41,205 nucleotides of DNA from a bacterium (GTDB lineage: Bacteria > SZUA-182 > DTGQ01 > JAFGSM01), in NCBI GenBank assembly GCA_049472315.1, contig JBLIRN010000028.1:1-41205 (forward strand), in the 5' to 3' direction. The notes below the pieces were generated by a model. That model was given only the letters and a program-made list of their open reading frames with translations. It had not been told where the DNA came from and searched no databases. This document shows, piece after piece, positions 38,809 to 41,205 of the stretch (position 1 is its first letter; every line of letters starts with the position of its first letter). The translations under genes were made by a program, and so were the position numbers.

Positions 38809-39279
38809 ATGAATGACGATGAGCGGTGTATGTGGTATGCCCTGGAAGAGGCCAGAAAGGCCCTGGCAGAGGATGAGGTCCCGGTGGGAGCGGTCCTGGT
38901 CAATGAACAGGGGCTGATCGCCGGCGGTTACAATCAGGTGGAGGGGAGCAACGACCCCACCGCCCATGCCGAAATGCAGGCAATTCGGAGGGCAAGCCGG
39001 CATCTGGGGCGCTGGAGACTGACCGGCACAACCCTCTATGTAACGGTGGAACCGTGCTGCATGTGCCTCGGGGCCATCATCCTGGCGAGGATCGAACGTC
39101 TGGTCTTCGGCATACCGGAGCCCAAGACAGGGTGCTGCATATCCCAGGCGGACCTTCCCTCCGGGATATTCAGCAGGTACGGGCTGGTGGTTGCGTCGGG
39201 TATCCTGGCCGACGAGGCACGGGCACTGATGCAAACCTTTTTTAAAAAAAAACGGAGAGGTACCGAAGTCAGGCCGTAA
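38809..39279 (+). CDS. tadA: tRNA-specific adenosine-34 deaminase
   Basis: EVPVGAV, NDPTAHAE, WRL...TLYVTVEPCCMC, PKTG, FF..KR. Confidence 0.92.
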   Translation: MNDDERCMWYALEEARKALAEDEVPVGAVLVNEQGLIAGGYNQVEGSNDPTAHAEMQAIRRASRHLGRWRLTGTTLYVTVEPCCMCLGAIILARIERLVFGIPEPKTGCCISQADLPSGIFSRYGLVVASGILADEARALMQTFFKKKRRGTEVRP

Positions 39280-39351
39280 CGGGGTCGACTCGAAATCGAC
39301 TTGTCTCGTGATGAGCGAGGCACGTGGGTTCGAATCCCACCCTCTCCGCCA
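39254..39351 (+). tRNA. tRNA-Ser(CGA)
   Basis: Acceptor GGAGAGG/CCTCTCC; anticodon arm GTCGA-CT-CGA-AA-TCGAC; long variable arm; GCCA end. Confidence 0.95.
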
Positions 39352-39365
39352 ACTATTAGAACATC

Positions 39366-39458
39366 GGAGAGATGTCCGAGTGGTTTAAGGAGCACGATTG
39401 GAAATCGTGTGGGTGGTTAATAGCCGCCTCGAGGGTTCGAATCCCTCTCTCTCCGCCA
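39366..39458 (+). tRNA. tRNA-Ser(GGA)
   Basis: Acceptor GGAGAGA/TCTCTCC; anticodon arm CACGA-TT-GGA-AA-TCGTG; long variable arm; GCCA end. Confidence 0.97.
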
Positions 39459-39465
39459 GATTTTT

Positions 39466-39736
39466 GGTCGTGCTAGGCGGGGAGTTAGCGGTGCCCTGTA
39501 CCCGCAATCCGCTATAGCGGGGTCGAATTCCCGGACTGAGGTCCCTACCCGTAAGGGATCGGCCTCGGATAAGTGCGTTGATGTCCAGGTCCTGCGCAAC
39601 AGAACGTTACGAACCCCGTCAGGTCCGGAAGGAAGCAGCGGTAAGTAATCATTTCTGTGTGCCGTGGGGATACCTGGACGGAGCAGCCTGTCCGTGTTAC
39701 CACCTTGGGGGTGTGATCGAAGCCGGGTGCACGACC
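39466..39736 (+). ncRNA. ffs: Signal recognition particle RNA, large (Alu-domain-containing) bacterial type
   Basis: Terminal helix GGTCGTGC/GCACGACC; Alu-like GGGGAGTTAGCGGTGCCCTGTACCCGCAATCCGCT; helix 8 CCGTCAGGTCCGGAAGGAAGCAGCGG; directly upstream of dnaX. Confidence 0.95.
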
Positions 39737-39895
39737 ATTTTTTTAGCACCTCCCGGAGAGGTGCGGCGTGAAAAATGACCGACCGCGGCCTTTCGTAGCA
39801 CACCGCTTCAGCAGGCCGCATGGCCTGTTGAATGTCATATGGTTGAGGCGAGCAGCTTCCCGCTCTCGGAAAAACCGATCCCCGAGGAGAATACG

Positions 39896-41205
39896 TTGTC
39901 CTATCTGGTGTTGGCAAGAAAATGGAGGCCGAAACAATTCGATGATGTTGTTGGCCAACGGGCGATCACCCAGACACTGAAGAATGCCATCCTGTCCGGA
40001 CGCATTGCGCATGCCTACCTCTTTTCAGGGCAGCGGGGGGTTGGGAAAACGACCACCGCCAGGGTCCTGGCCAAGGCACTCAACTGTGAGAAGGGCCCTA
40101 CCCCGCACCCCTGCGATGCATGTTCCCTGTGCGAGGAGATCAATAAGGGGAGTTCTCTCGATGTCATCGAAATTGACGGGGCGTCCAACAACAGCGTCGA
40201 CGATATCAGGGACCTCAGGGAAAAGGTGCACTATATCCCGGCAAAGGGCCGGTTCAAGGTCTATATCATCGATGAGGTCCATATGCTGTCCAAGCCCGCC
40301 TTCAATGCACTGCTGAAGACCTTGGAGGAGCCTCCCGCGCATGTGGTGTTCATCCTGGCCACCACCGAGGCCCATAAGATCCCCATCACCATACTCTCCC
40401 GGTGCCAGCGCTACGACTTCCGCCGAATCTCCTGCGAGGACATCCAGGCATACCTCGACAGCCTCCTCGCCCAGGAGGGGGGATTGAAAGGGGAGAAGGA
40501 TGCAGCGCTCCGCCTGATTGCAAAGACGGCGGACGGGAGTCTCCGGGACGCCCTGAGCCTGATCGATCAGGTTATCTCCCTGGGCAGCAGCGAGATAACC
40601 ATCCAGCAGGTCCTGGACCTGGTGAGCCTCGTGGATTATCACTCCATAGGGGAGATGATGACGGCGGTGGCCGCAGGAAACGCCAAGGAGGCGCTCATCT
40701 GCCTGGAGCGGGTCATCGAGCGTGGACACGATGTCAAGCACTTCGTGGAGCAGATCCTCGGCTATATCCGGGATACCATCATCCTCATGATAGGCAAGGA
40801 GGACGAGAGGACGTTGAACGTTCATCCGGAGGAGGCCGGGGAGATGGCATCCCTTGCCGGTTCCCTCTCCCAGGACGACCTTTTGCGCTATTTCGACCTC
40901 CTGGCGGCAAGCGTGGAACGAATGCGATGGTCGTCGCAAGCACGCCTCATCCTGGAGATGGCGATCATACGCATGGCGGAATTACCCCGGCTGCGGCCCG
41001 TCGAGGAGATCATCCACCGGCTGGAGATCCTGGAGACGGTGCGGGGGAAGCCGGAGGTTTCCGGGCATGCCTGCGCCACATTCAGACCCGATGAGACTGA
41101 GCCTTCTCCCCCGGACACCGAGCAGGAGGATGCTGTTCAACCTCCCGCACCGGACCCGATGACCGCGGGGACACCCCCTGTGCCGGGCCTCGATTCCCCG
41201 TCTGT
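39896..41205 (+). CDS. dnaX: DNA polymerase III subunit gamma/tau (3' truncated by window edge; absent from the ORF track)
   Basis: GAGGAG RBS and TTG start; MSYLVLARKWRPKQFDDVVGQ...HAYLFSGQRGVGKTT...IIDEVHML...NALLKTLEEPP...LSRCQ. Confidence 0.97.
   Translation, partial: MSYLVLARKWRPKQFDDVVGQRAITQTLKNAILSGRIAHAYLFSGQRGVGKTTTARVLAKALNCEKGPTPHPCDACSLCEEINKGSSLDVIEIDGASNNSVDDIRDLREKVHYIPAKGRFKVYIIDEVHMLSKPAFNALLKTLEEPPAHVVFILATTEAHKIPITILSRCQRYDFRRISCEDIQAYLDSLLAQEGGLKGEKDAALRLIAKTADGSLRDALSLIDQVISLGSSEITIQQVLDLVSLVDYHSIGEMMTAVAAGNAKEALICLERVIERGHDVKHFVEQILGYIRDTIILMIGKEDERTLNVHPEEAGEMASLAGSLSQDDLLRYFDLLAASVERMRWSSQARLILEMAIIRMAELPRLRPVEEIIHRLEILETVRGKPEVSGHACATFRPDETEPSPPDTEQEDAVQPPAPDPMTAGTPPVPGLDSPS

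Noticed and set aside
39768..41162. ORFs 39768-39980, 39984-40316, 40402-41094 and 40854-41162
   Set aside because: Out-of-frame overlaps with dnaX.

Overview
Mostly ordinary chromosome of a GC-rich diderm bacterium. Gene content (Mrp-NifX fusion, MucR, choice-of-anchor-type surface protein, sigma54 promoters) suggests Desulfobacterota or a related lineage; this is inference. Housekeeping genes: glgB, tex, a divergent pgk, pyrF, tadA, partial dnaX, four tRNAs (Leu-TAA, Arg-ACG, Ser-CGA, Ser-GGA) and a large Alu-containing SRP RNA. The ORF track misses a 56-aa 2[4Fe-4S] ferredoxin (3745-3915) and dnaX (39896 to the window end). Most notable: (1) a ~870-aa protein with an endonuclease-IV-like TIM barrel, apparently retaining all nine metal ligands, fused to two intact cNMP-binding domains; (2) a putative c-di-GMP module: sigma54 promoter, c-di-GMP-I riboswitch, FN3/PKD surface protein, GspC-like protein, REC-HD-GYP and a sigma54-driven PilZ-like gene; (3) an unexplained ~150-nt three-way-junction RNA-like structure between the ferredoxin and mrp; (4) a secreted Pro/Ala/Gly repeat protein with no charged residue in its mature part; (5) a 184-bp MITE/REPIN-like element; (6) an orphan histidine kinase with an apparently extracytoplasmic CZB domain. 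No CRISPR array, rRNA, integrase or prophage was seen. All calls are by eye; no database searches were run.
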